A program made the translations under genes and the position numbers. Under the pieces are notes generated by a model, which had not been told where the DNA came from, made no database searches, and saw only the letters and a program-made list of their open reading frames with translations. Below are positions 1-7,952 of a stretch of 29,289 bases of DNA, in pieces. Source of the DNA: Ignavibacteria bacterium (GTDB lineage Bacteria; Bacteroidota; Ignavibacteria; Kapaibacteriales; UBA2268). Numbering within the stretch: the stretch's first letter is position 1; every line of letters starts with the position of its first letter. The stretch is from positions 1 to 29,289 of the forward strand of contig JBEICW010000001.1 of NCBI GenBank assembly GCA_040383785.1, in the 5' to 3' direction.

Positions 1-469
1 CATAAGAAGTAAAATTTCCAACTATCGTTAAATTGCTCGTTACACCCGATGTTGTATTATTAAAACCTGTTCCCGAATAAAATGCAGGATTTAATAAACT
101 TGGTTGATATATATTCAGATTACCAAAAGTGTAATCTTGGTTGTAAGTGCCTATATAATCTTGTCCTAATTCTGTATAGGAGTTGAAATAACCGATTCCA
201 AGACCATTTAGTACATCAACTATTCCCTGATTGCTTTGAACTGGTAATAGACCACCAAAAGTAGAAAATACAGAAGCTCCGTTTATTTTGTATTGAACCA
301 ATACAGAAGTTTCTGTAGTAAATGTAAAACCAGTTACATTCCAACGAAACTCTCTCGTAGCGTTAGAAGTATCCAATAAATTTGCTGGACTACCAGCAAT
401 ACTTATCTGTTGTGGATAATTCCTATTGTTACGAATGTTTAATGATATATCAAGTTCGCTTAATGACAT
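1..469 (-). CDS. Putative virion/structural protein, runs off the window edge (partial)
   Basis: Own translation, absent from the ORF track: ATG at 469, open to base 2 (MSLSELDISLNIRNNRNYPQQISIAGSP...FYSGTGFNNTTSGVTSNLTIVGNFTSY). Beta-rich; the end resembles a delta-60 (DUF5122) repeat 'GTGFN...VGxFTSY'. Confidence 0.75.
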   Translation of the reverse strand, partial: MSLSELDISLNIRNNRNYPQQISIAGSPANLLDTSNATREFRWNVTGFTFTTETSVLVQYKINGASVFSTFGGLLPVQSNQGIVDVLNGLGIGYFNSYTELGQDYIGTYNQDYTFGNLNIYQPSLLNPAFYSGTGFNNTTSGVTSNLTIVGNFTSY

Positions 470-471
470 TT

Positions 472-609
472 TTAGTTGGTTTCAGCACTTGCTTTTTGGT
501 GTTTCACCTCTTGTTTTGAAATAGTTGGCTTTTGTCCTTGTTTCCAAATTAAATAACCTACAACCGCCACAGCACCTATTCCTAATAACATTTTTGTTTG
601 CTTGTTCAT
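472..609 (-). CDS. 45-aa single-pass membrane protein (N-terminal anchor)
   Basis: Own translation MNKQTKMLLGIGAVAVVGYLIWKQGQKP...; same anchor pattern as 7419, 7953 and 10293; packs tightly between neighbours. Confidence 0.75.
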   Translation of the reverse strand: MNKQTKMLLGIGAVAVVGYLIWKQGQKPTISKQEVKHQKASAETN

Positions 610-613
610 TTTT

Positions 614-916
614 TTATTTTTTTGTTTTGAATAGATAGATACCTAATGCAATTAGTCCAACACTTGCAACAATAACCCAAGTTTTACTATTTTTTTCCAT
701 AAAATCTTTTTCCAAAGGGGTAATTGTTGTTTTCGGACAAGGTTTATTAGCTTGTGTGAATGTTCCGTCTGGACATAACAGAAAACCCGATACTGGTTCA
801 TCATCTGTTATTGTTCCTCCTGCGTTTATACAAGGTGCTACTATACCATTAGCAACATCTGTTGTTCCGTCTTTACACTTTACTGTATCGAAAGGAAAGT
901 CAAATATATCTGCCAT
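614..916 (-). CDS. Cys-containing protein with C-terminal membrane anchor
   Basis: Four Cys (CKDG, CINAG, CPDG, KPCP); C-terminus WVIVASVGLIALGIYLFKTKK; A-rich leader. Confidence 0.8.
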   Translation of the reverse strand: MADIFDFPFDTVKCKDGTTDVANGIVAPCINAGGTITDDEPVSGFLLCPDGTFTQANKPCPKTTITPLEKDFMEKNSKTWVIVASVGLIALGIYLFKTKK

Positions 917-965
917 ATTTTTTTTTGTAAAAATATTGCTTTTTTAACATAATAACAACATTTGT

Positions 966-1012
966 TTTAACAACCGATTAACAACGTAATATCAGTTATC
1001 AATATACTTTTG
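966..1012 (+). promoter_or_regulatory. Bacteroidota-type promoter, TTTAACA...TACTTTTG
   Basis: TAnnTTTG at 1005-1012; TTTAACA at 966-972; ATG 4 nt after the box. Confidence 0.7.
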
Positions 1013-1016
1013 CTCT

Positions 1017-1172
1017 ATGAAATTAAAAGTAAAAGACAAGTCAATAGTATGTGAAGGCTGCCGTAAAAGGTACACTATTAACTTTTTGACTACTGATAAA
1101 GAAAAGAAATCAATTTGTACCTATTGCGGTAAACACAATACCTATAAAGTAAAGTTTTTAACAAGTGCTTAA
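1017..1172 (+). CDS. 51-aa zinc-ribbon protein
   Basis: Own translation MKLKVKDKSIVCEGCRKRY...ICTYCGKHN...; two CxxC pairs; directly behind a promoter. Confidence 0.75.
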   Translation: MKLKVKDKSIVCEGCRKRYTINFLTTDKEKKSICTYCGKHNTYKVKFLTSA

Positions 1173-1203
1173 CTACATCATTTATTATATCACTTTATCT
1201 TTG
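1157..1203 (+). promoter_or_regulatory. Bacteroidota-type promoter, TTTAACA...TATCTTTG
   Basis: TTTAACA at 1157-1163; TATCTTTG at 1196-1203; ATG at 1220. Confidence 0.6.
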
Positions 1204-1219
1204 ATAAAAATTACAACAA

Positions 1220-1528
1220 ATGATACTTACGAAAATTAAAACTATGCAAGAGATTGTTGAAACAATTCTAATACAATCTCCAGAATCAAGAGATGACGAC
1301 AATTTGCTTGTTAGCAAAATATGGGGATATACATTAGTCAGTATGGGGATAAAACCTAGCGAACATAATATGACTTTGTTTTTACAAATGTATAGAAGCG
1401 GCGATTTGCCAAGTGCAGATATTATTACGAGAGCCAGAAGAAAAGTACAAGAACTTCGTGAAGATTTGCGTGGCGATAAATGGGAAGAAAGACACAAAGA
1501 AGCAAAAAACATCAGAGACAATATATAA
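1220..1528 (+). CDS. Hypothetical phage protein
   Basis: 102 aa; A-rich leader; TAATG overlap with the next ORF. Confidence 0.75.
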   Translation: MILTKIKTMQEIVETILIQSPESRDDDNLLVSKIWGYTLVSMGIKPSEHNMTLFLQMYRSGDLPSADIITRARRKVQELREDLRGDKWEERHKEAKNIRDNI

Positions 1529-1659
1529 TGAAAGACAAACAAGAAAAGTTGGATGAAAAAATCTTTAATGATTTAATTAAAAGACACAATAAAGCGTTAA
1601 TATCAATTAATATCCCTAAAACAAAAAAAAATGAAAGAAAACTTAAATTGGCTAATTAG
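1528..1659 (+). CDS. Possible 43-aa basic hypothetical protein
   Basis: ATG overlaps the previous stop (TAATG) and fills a 100-nt gap, but overlaps the 1631 ORF by 29 nt. Confidence 0.35.
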   Translation: MKDKQEKLDEKIFNDLIKRHNKALISINIPKTKKNERKLKLAN

Positions 1660-1828
1660 TTGTATCAATTCTTGTGCAAACAAAGAACAGTTATCTGTTT
1701 GTCAAGTTATGATGGATTTATTTCGTAATCGTATGGTAGCAGATTCTACTACTGAAAGTGAAATTCGGGAAGCGGAGCAAAAAATGTGGGAAGCGTATGT
1801 AAGTAAAGAAGCAATGTTGAATATTTAA
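1631..1828 (+). CDS. Hypothetical helical protein
   Basis: 65 aa; poly-A leader; 2 nt from the next gene. Confidence 0.7.
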   Translation: MKENLNWLISCINSCANKEQLSVCQVMMDLFRNRMVADSTTESEIREAEQKMWEAYVSKEAMLNI

Positions 1829-1830
1829 AT

Positions 1831-2223
1831 ATGCCAAAATCGAAAATAAAATCTTGTGATTTTAAAAGAGAAAGTGTTTCTTCTTTTGGTACGTTTTATA
1901 TTTTCATTCTAGAATTAGAAGATGGAACAAGGGGTGATTATTTTAGCAAAGAAAGAGAAATTAAAAAGTCTGTTGGCGATGAAATTGAATACACCTACGA
2001 GCCAAACGCTAATCCCAGTTATTTAGGTAAAATAAAAGAAGTGGCGGTAGTTAAAAAGCCAACAAATTTTATCAAAAAAAACGAATCGGCTGAAAACGCA
2101 AGGCTGTCTTTATTGATTGCAAAAGATATTTTTATTCACGATACTGCTGCTAACAACGATATATTTGAATTAGCTGAAAAATACTTTTTTTGGCTAGAAA
2201 ACAAATCAAAAAATGCCGTATAA
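1831..2223 (+). CDS. Hypothetical protein, possibly OB-fold ssDNA-binding-like
   Basis: Beta-rich N-half (FYIFILELEDGTRGDYFSK...VGDEIEYTY); function is a guess. Confidence 0.6.
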   Translation: MPKSKIKSCDFKRESVSSFGTFYIFILELEDGTRGDYFSKEREIKKSVGDEIEYTYEPNANPSYLGKIKEVAVVKKPTNFIKKNESAENARLSLLIAKDIFIHDTAANNDIFELAEKYFFWLENKSKNAV

Positions 2224-2524
2224 AACCGACAAACTTGCAATTAAGTGTTCTTTTATTGATAGGAGAAGCAAATTATTGCCGTGTCAAAAAGAAATGATTG
2301 TTTTTTGGCGAAACAAAGGTTTATCACAACGAAAGTTAGCTATTATGTTTTCTGTTTCTAGAAGAACAATTATTTTCATTACAGACCCAGAAAAATATAA
2401 ACAAAATCTTGAATTAAGACAACAGAAAGGCGGTAGTAAAATATACTATATCAAAGAAAAACATACCAAATCAATACGAGAACACCGACAATACAAATAC
2501 ACAACTCTAAAAGACACACTATGA
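2213..2524 (+). CDS. Helix-turn-helix DNA-binding protein
   Basis: GLSQRKLAIMFSVSRRTIIFI fits the HTH pattern; basic protein. Confidence 0.7.
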   Translation: MPYKTDKLAIKCSFIDRRSKLLPCQKEMIVFWRNKGLSQRKLAIMFSVSRRTIIFITDPEKYKQNLELRQQKGGSKIYYIKEKHTKSIREHRQYKYTTLKDTL

Positions 2525-2826
2525 CAAAAAATGGTATTGTAATTACTGATGAAAAGTCGGGTATAATGGCTATTTTATATAATACAGGTAATCTATCAAG
2601 GAAATTAGGTTTATACAACACTTCATTATTATACAAAACCATATCTGAAATTGATAAAGATGCTGCATCAAGAATAGTGGTTAATTTAAATCAAGGAATA
2701 TTTGATGAATTTGATAAAGATAATATTGGGAAATATAAAAATTCAAAAATACTATTCATTTTTAATCAAAATGAAGTTTTGTACAATTCTAATAACCCCG
2801 CCGTGAAGGATTTAGTATTTTTTTAA
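2521..2826 (+). CDS. Hypothetical protein
   Basis: 101 aa; ATGA overlap with the previous gene. Confidence 0.65.
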   Translation: MTKNGIVITDEKSGIMAILYNTGNLSRKLGLYNTSLLYKTISEIDKDAASRIVVNLNQGIFDEFDKDNIGKYKNSKILFIFNQNEVLYNSNNPAVKDLVFF

Positions 2827-2885
2827 CAATTGATTTGATTGTTGTTAAATATATCAACACTACATTTGTACTCTAAAACGCAAAA
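2821..2885 (+). promoter_or_regulatory. 65-bp promoter/leader cassette, copy 1 (near-identical to 15600-15664)
   Basis: TTTAACA at 2822; TTGTT-N6-ATCAA at 2842-2857; TACATTTG at 2861-2868; 63 of 65 bases identical to copy 2. Confidence 0.85.
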
Positions 2886-2889
2886 TAAA

Positions 2890-4215
2890 ATGAAAAACTA
2901 CATTCTAATTCAAAATGAAGGCGAAATTGAAATTAATTCCTTTGAGCTGATTGGTGCATCAACAAAACGAGACGATAATACAAAGATTGGTTTCTTCGGA
3001 AGCGGACTAAAGTATTCTATTGCTTATATGATGCGAAACAAAATAGATTTTAAAATATTTTCTGGTGAAACTGAAATAATATTTAGCTGCAAAGAAGAAG
3101 TTTTTAGAGGTCAAATATTTGAAAGAATATGTATCAATGGCAATCCTACTTCTTATACAACAACTATGGGTGCTACTTGGACAGAAGATTGGTTTATTCT
3201 GCGTGAATTATACTGTAATGCTTTAGATGAAAGCTCTTGTCAAATGGTAAAATCTACTAGTGATTTGAATGCCGTATCTGGCAAAACGAGAATTTATGTT
3301 GAAGCAACTGAAAGTTTGCGTAAAGTGGTAGATAATTGGGATGTTTACTTTACAGACGAAAGAACAAAGCTACTTACAGAAGAAAATGTTTATACAACTT
3401 ATTTAGGGGAAGATAATTTACGTCAAAACGTAGATATTTACGATAAAATTGTTGGTTCTATCTATCGCAAAGGTATTAAGGTTGGAGAAGATAGTGAAAT
3501 GGTTTATGATTATGGTTTTACTTCTGTTACTATAAATGAAGACAGAACAGCAAAAAGTCTTGGTGCTTTATCCTATTGTTTTACGGATTTAATGAGCAAG
3601 TTTCCGTCTGAAAATTATGTTTGTAATATTTTAAGAACAATAAACAGCAGAGAATACAAATCACTACAAAATACAAAGGCAAATAGCAAGTTTTCGGATA
3701 AATGGATTGAGTTTTCAAAAAATTATTTACTGGTTATTGAAGAGCAATGTGCCAAATATTCTGACGAGATTTCAAAATCAAGAAAAGAAGTCTTTTTGAT
3801 TCCACGATACTTTGCAAAGCAGATAAAACAAAATTATGAAGAGTTCCAAATATTAGGTATTGGCAAATCGGTAGATAACATAGGATTTAATGTTGTTGAA
3901 GTAACTCCGAAAATGAATTACCTTATGAATGCCGTTTCCGCAGATTTAAAAGAAATGAAGTATGATATTCCATACGATATAACAATAGTAAAATTTGAAG
4001 ATTCAGCTATACTTGGTAAAGCGGATATAAAAGAAAAATTAATTTATTTATCTGATGCCGTATTTGATATGGGAAAAAGAGAGATAGCTATGACTATTAT
4101 GGAAGAAGTAGAGCATATTAATTCTGGTAAGCAAGACGAAACCAGAGCATTTCAAAATCATTTGATTAGTTCTTGGTTAAAAACTATGGAAAATCAAAAT
4201 GGATTGTTTCTTTGA
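2890..4215 (+). CDS. GHKL-type ATPase with permuted motif order and a C-terminal zincin-like segment
   Basis: IGASTK...IGFFGSGLKY (G2 lid) and WFILRELYCNALDE (N-box); C-terminal TIMEEVEHINSG. Start moved to ATG 2890 because the track's 2839 start lies inside the promoter. Confidence 0.75.
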   Translation: MKNYILIQNEGEIEINSFELIGASTKRDDNTKIGFFGSGLKYSIAYMMRNKIDFKIFSGETEIIFSCKEEVFRGQIFERICINGNPTSYTTTMGATWTEDWFILRELYCNALDESSCQMVKSTSDLNAVSGKTRIYVEATESLRKVVDNWDVYFTDERTKLLTEENVYTTYLGEDNLRQNVDIYDKIVGSIYRKGIKVGEDSEMVYDYGFTSVTINEDRTAKSLGALSYCFTDLMSKFPSENYVCNILRTINSREYKSLQNTKANSKFSDKWIEFSKNYLLVIEEQCAKYSDEISKSRKEVFLIPRYFAKQIKQNYEEFQILGIGKSVDNIGFNVVEVTPKMNYLMNAVSADLKEMKYDIPYDITIVKFEDSAILGKADIKEKLIYLSDAVFDMGKREIAMTIMEEVEHINSGKQDETRAFQNHLISSWLKTMENQNGLFL

Positions 4216-4236
4216 TTAAATTTGTAAAAAAATATT

Positions 4237-4794
4237 ATGCAATTTGAAAATCACTCAACTATTAAATTTAGTACTGCAAAATTATTGGCTAAATTATCCG
4301 AAAGAGTATGCAATATTCTTGACACTTTAAATTATGAAGGTGAAATGTATCTTGTAGATACAGAAACAAAAACAATTAGTGGAGAGATAATGAAAGGTGT
4401 AGATTTATTTTTGCACCGAAACGGAAAAACATACATAGCAAAGACTAATTATAGAATGTATTTACCGCCACATCTTAAAAATGATAATGCCGCATTTCTA
4501 CAAAGGGTAAGTGAATTGAAAGGTGAAATGACAGAATATGAAATGGCTGCTATAAACTTTGTTCCAAAAGATTACGATTGTTCAGAATACGGAGAAGAAA
4601 TTTATCAAACTTGTCCGTGTTGCGGAGTTTGTGAACTTTCTATTGATTATTTTAAAGAAGATAATTGTGTTGATGTAGAATTTTGGATTGGAAAAAATAG
4701 AATACAGATTACAAGTTTTATGGATGATGACGACAATGATAACGATACCGAAGTTTCACCGCCAGTAAAAACATTTAGTGATTCTATACACTAA
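4237..4794 (+). CDS. Hypothetical protein with Cys cluster and acidic tail
   Basis: 185 aa; TCPCCGVC; DDDDNDND tail. Confidence 0.7.
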   Translation: MQFENHSTIKFSTAKLLAKLSERVCNILDTLNYEGEMYLVDTETKTISGEIMKGVDLFLHRNGKTYIAKTNYRMYLPPHLKNDNAAFLQRVSELKGEMTEYEMAAINFVPKDYDCSEYGEEIYQTCPCCGVCELSIDYFKEDNCVDVEFWIGKNRIQITSFMDDDDNDNDTEVSPPVKTFSDSIH

Positions 4795-4985
4795 CGGTTT
4801 TTAACTTTACAAGCTTGTTAATCATACAAGGAAGGACTATCGGATTTATAAGATTGACTATTGTTAATTTCTTTTTTCAAGTTTTCAATCAACAAAACCT
4901 ACACTATATTTTTCCTATCCATTGCTTTCCAATACAAAACTATGTAGTCGTTCATTATTTATACTTAAATTACTTCTAATTTTTT

Positions 4986-6104
4986 TTATTTTTTTTCTTT
5001 ATTGCCACCCTCTTGCGTAGCATATTTAATACCCATAATAGTACCTACTATTGAAAAAGCATTTGTTAGCAATACGCTAAACATATTAGACCAAGTTGAA
5101 CCAATAATTTGTGTTTCCTTACCTGTAACCATAGCCAACCAATATAGTATAGTTGTTACAACGCCTACTCCTATAATTACCGCCAAAGCACATTTAACAA
5201 TCACTTTTATTAATTCACTTTGACTTTTTTTAATCATTACATCCAAATCATTCAACGCAGCGTTCTTTTCTAACTCTATTGAGTTTTTTAGTTTTTCTGA
5301 ATTTTCTAATTCTACTTTCAAATCTTTTGAAAGTATATCTATTTTATTTTTACTATTGACACTTTCGGTTATATCGGTAGCAATTTTAATTATACTTGTA
5401 ACATTTCCTTTATTATCTAAAATCGGATTGTAAGTCGCTTGTAAATAAATAACGCTACCATCTACTTTTTTTCTTTCAAATATTCCATCAAAAAACTTAC
5501 CACTTCTTAATGTTTCCCAAAATAGTTTGTAATCATCTGATTTAGAATACTCGTAGGCAACAAATATGCTATGATGCTTCCCGATAATTTGATTTTTTTC
5601 TTTAGGTTTATATCCCATCGCTTCTAAAAACAAATCGTTTGCATCTAAAATAAAACCATCTACATTAAAAGTAATACTTGCAGTGCTTCGGTTAATTGCC
5701 TCTAATTGTTTTTTACTATTGACAATGTTAGTGATGTCGGTAGCAACTTTCATTATTTTAGTAATCTTACCACTATCATCTAAAATAGGATTGTAAGTCG
5801 CTTGTAAATTAATAAGGCTACCATCTTTTTTTACTCTTTCAAATTCCCCTTTATAATACTTACCACTTTTTAATATATCCCAAAACTTTTCGTACTCCAA
5901 TGAATCTGAATAACTTTCACATACAAAAATTTTATGGTGCTTCCCAATAATTTCCTCATGGTCATCTACACCATATCCCATAGCTTCCAAAAAGATAGGA
6001 TTCACACCTAAAATAATACCATTTAAGTCAAAATATATTATGGCATTACTTCTATTTATCCCTTCAAGCCTACTCAACAACTCCTCTCTTGATAAATTTT
6101 TCAT
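4986..6104 (-). CDS. Tandem PAS/PAC domain protein with coiled coil and two C-terminal TM helices
   Basis: Two repeats of AINRSxAxIxFxxDGxIL.AN..FL..MGY....IIGKHH.IFV...Y..FW..L.SG....G.FER.K.DGS.I.LQATYNPILD..G......K.ATDIT, as in BdlA/Aer-type chemoreceptor PAS domains; no MCP signalling domain; two hydrophobic helices at the end. Confidence 0.9.
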   Translation of the reverse strand: MKNLSREELLSRLEGINRSNAIIYFDLNGIILGVNPIFLEAMGYGVDDHEEIIGKHHKIFVCESYSDSLEYEKFWDILKSGKYYKGEFERVKKDGSLINLQATYNPILDDSGKITKIMKVATDITNIVNSKKQLEAINRSTASITFNVDGFILDANDLFLEAMGYKPKEKNQIIGKHHSIFVAYEYSKSDDYKLFWETLRSGKFFDGIFERKKVDGSVIYLQATYNPILDNKGNVTSIIKIATDITESVNSKNKIDILSKDLKVELENSEKLKNSIELEKNAALNDLDVMIKKSQSELIKVIVKCALAVIIGVGVVTTILYWLAMVTGKETQIIGSTWSNMFSVLLTNAFSIVGTIMGIKYATQEGGNKEKK

Positions 6105-6107
6105 TTT

Positions 6108-6284
6108 TTATGCTAATGTATCTTGTGATAATTTGTAATACTTTTCTCTTTCAGCAAGTCCTATTGTACCGCCATTAATTCTTTTAGTGATAGTAACGAA
6201 ATCTCTTTTATCAGCCATGCCATTTAATTTCTTATCAATAGCATATTCCCAACAAGCACTATCTAATAGGCGTGTCTATACCAT
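6108..6284 (-). pseudogene. C-terminal remnant of a GH19 (chitinase-like) phage endolysin
   Basis: Own translation MV*TRLLDSACWEYAIDKKLNGMADKRDFVTITKRINGGTIGLAEREKYY...; 'SACW' and 'ITKRINGG.GL..R' are typical of GH19 endolysin C-termini; in-frame TAG at 6276-6278; catalytic N-terminal part missing. Confidence 0.75.
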
Positions 6285-6296
6285 AAAAATTTAGTA

Positions 6297-6324
6297 ATTC
6301 TACTTTTCTCATATAAAATGTCAA
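6297..6324 (-). promoter_or_regulatory. Possible canonical sigma70-type promoter, TTGACA-N16-TAGAAT
   Basis: Reverse complement reads TTGACA ttttatatgagaaaag TAGAAT, upstream of the GH19 remnant and the PAS gene. Confidence 0.4.
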
Positions 6325-6342
6325 GTTTTATGAACAGAAAAC

Positions 6343-6993
6343 TTAAAATATTTTTTTCTTTTTTAGGATATAAACATAAACACCAATTCCTAAAACTAAA
6401 GCACCGACAAAAAAGTAGTTTATATTTTGAGAGTTTCTTAAATAATAGCTAACCACTTCATTGTATTCTGATTTAAAAAGATTCGCTTCGTCTTTTCTGC
6501 GATTTTTCAAATTTGTTAACACTTTCCCACTACCAGAATCGGTAATCGCAATATTATGCCATACAGTGCTTGGGTCTCTACCTTCATTAACCGCTTTCAA
6601 AACACTATCGCCGTTTTTAGTATATTTAAGACTTCCTTCTCCAGCATTATAAGCTAAATCAATTAATGCGGCAAACTGATTATCATTCAAATCTCTTGTA
6701 ATCCAGTTTTTGATTGTATTTGCTTTTTTTCGCAATTCAAAATCTAATTCGTAATCAGCTCTTTCTTTGGTTATTGAAATGCCTTTTCTAACTTTTGTTC
6801 CGTCAGATAAAGTATCCCAACTTCCCCAGCCAATACTATAACTTTTTCCGTCTGGATATGAATACAGAACGGCACTATCTGGTTGTTTTGTTGGATTAGA
6901 ATAATAACTTACCTTATCTGGATATTTACTTGCCAGAGATTCCCATTTTTGAGTAAATGGTTTTACTATTGAAAGTGCATTTTCTAAATCCAT
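6343..6993 (-). CDS. GH24 phage-type lysozyme with C-terminal membrane anchor
   Basis: KWES (putative catalytic Glu), YSIGWG, LNDNQFAALIDLAYNAG, LKNRRKDEANLF; tail YFFVGALVLGIGVYVYILKKKK. ATG 6993 preferred over the track's 7020 start. Confidence 0.85.
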   Translation of the reverse strand: MDLENALSIVKPFTQKWESLASKYPDKVSYYSNPTKQPDSAVLYSYPDGKSYSIGWGSWDTLSDGTKVRKGISITKERADYELDFELRKKANTIKNWITRDLNDNQFAALIDLAYNAGEGSLKYTKNGDSVLKAVNEGRDPSTVWHNIAITDSGSGKVLTNLKNRRKDEANLFKSEYNEVVSYYLRNSQNINYFFVGALVLGIGVYVYILKKKKIF

Positions 6994-7412
6994 CTGAACT
7001 GAATTAAAAATATTAACCACATTAAAGACAATAAGAAACTGCTTATTCTAATATCGTTTGGATGTATTATATGCTTAATTTTAGAAAGCAAGTCATCATA
7101 CAAACTTTCTTTATTTCCAGAATAATTACCATTTGCATTAGGACTTACATACCACAAACTTTTTCCACGCATTAAATTTAGTGTAAAGTCAAACCAACCT
7201 GCTCTAATCAACAAGCAAGTTATTGCACAAAACAATCCCCATTTAATTGTGTATTCAGTTGTCAAAAGATACGCAAAGAATAAGCATAATGCCGTATAAA
7301 CACTTGCTTCAAAAATGTGGTTAATTCTTCTGTTTTTTTGAATTTGTATTGTATCAATTTTGGCGTGTGCGATAGTAATTATCACAACTATTACAAAAAA
7401 TAATATTGACAT
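6984..7412 (-). CDS. Multi-pass membrane protein (holin candidate)
   Basis: Three to four hydrophobic segments; stop overlaps the lysozyme start. Confidence 0.7.
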   Translation of the reverse strand: MSILFFVIVVIITIAHAKIDTIQIQKNRRINHIFEASVYTALCLFFAYLLTTEYTIKWGLFCAITCLLIRAGWFDFTLNLMRGKSLWYVSPNANGNYSGNKESLYDDLLSKIKHIIHPNDIRISSFLLSLMWLIFLIQFRWI

Positions 7413-7418
7413 AGATTA

Positions 7419-7910
7419 TTAATAGTTTAACTTCTGTTTCTGTGTATTAAAAAAAGAACTACTTACATAATTTTTAAATCCACCATCGGCATTATTGAAG
7501 AATGGGTGTAAGCCAAACATCATATCAGATGATACATAGTTTTTAAATCCACCAGAGAATTCAGAACTTGGTGCTGATGAAACTTGAGCATTTATTAATA
7601 CTTCTTCAAGTTGTGGTTTTTTCAATCCTCCAGCAATTCCACCACCATACATTAATTCTTCAAGTGGAAATAAATCAGGACGATAACAGCCACTTTTAGG
7701 GTCTCTTGTATTACAAGCAATACCAGAATCTTCTAATACTGGAGCTTCTTCTACATCGTCTAATGGTTCTTCTTTTTCTTTTTTCAAATCAAATCCGCCT
7801 TTGTCTGTTGGTTCGGATTTTGTTGATGCCATTGTTGTTTTTGGTTTAAAAATGAAATAAAGTGCCGCTGCACCTAATCCCAAACCGACTAAAAGTTTTG
7901 TATTGTTCAT
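7419..7910 (-). CDS. N-terminally anchored membrane protein
   Basis: MNNTKLLVGLGLGAAALYFIFKPK; internal duplication GGFKNYVSS x2. Confidence 0.8.
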   Translation of the reverse strand: MNNTKLLVGLGLGAAALYFIFKPKTTMASTKSEPTDKGGFDLKKEKEEPLDDVEEAPVLEDSGIACNTRDPKSGCYRPDLFPLEELMYGGGIAGGLKKPQLEEVLINAQVSSAPSSEFSGGFKNYVSSDMMFGLHPFFNNADGGFKNYVSSSFFNTQKQKLNY

Positions 7911-7952
7911 ATTGTTGTTTTTTGTTTTTGTTTTGTTTTTTATGAGAATTAA

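Noticed and set aside
1621-1659. Programmed frameshift at the A-run joining the 1528 and 1631 ORFs
   Set aside because: A-runs precede most start codons in this genome as Bacteroidota-style leaders; no stimulatory structure seen.
5415-5809. 32-bp near-identical repeat (5415-5446 and 5778-5809) as a DGR template/variable pair
   Set aside because: It is the conserved LQATYNPILD segment of the two PAS domains; only one mismatch, and no reverse transcriptase in the window.
4986-6104. Calling the PAS protein a methyl-accepting chemotaxis protein
   Set aside because: No MCP signalling hairpin; the C-terminus is a short coiled coil plus TM helices.
4899-6284. TAG read-through or genetic code 15, suggested by in-frame TAGs at 6276-6278 and 4899-4901
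   Set aside because: Long genes are intact in the standard code, TAG ends plausible genes (6984, 7953, 25666), and read-through would not restore a full GH19 enzyme.
6323-6344. Terminator after the lysozyme (AAGTTTT...AAAACTT)
   Set aside because: The stem is almost all A/T and there is no clear U-tract; too weak to call.
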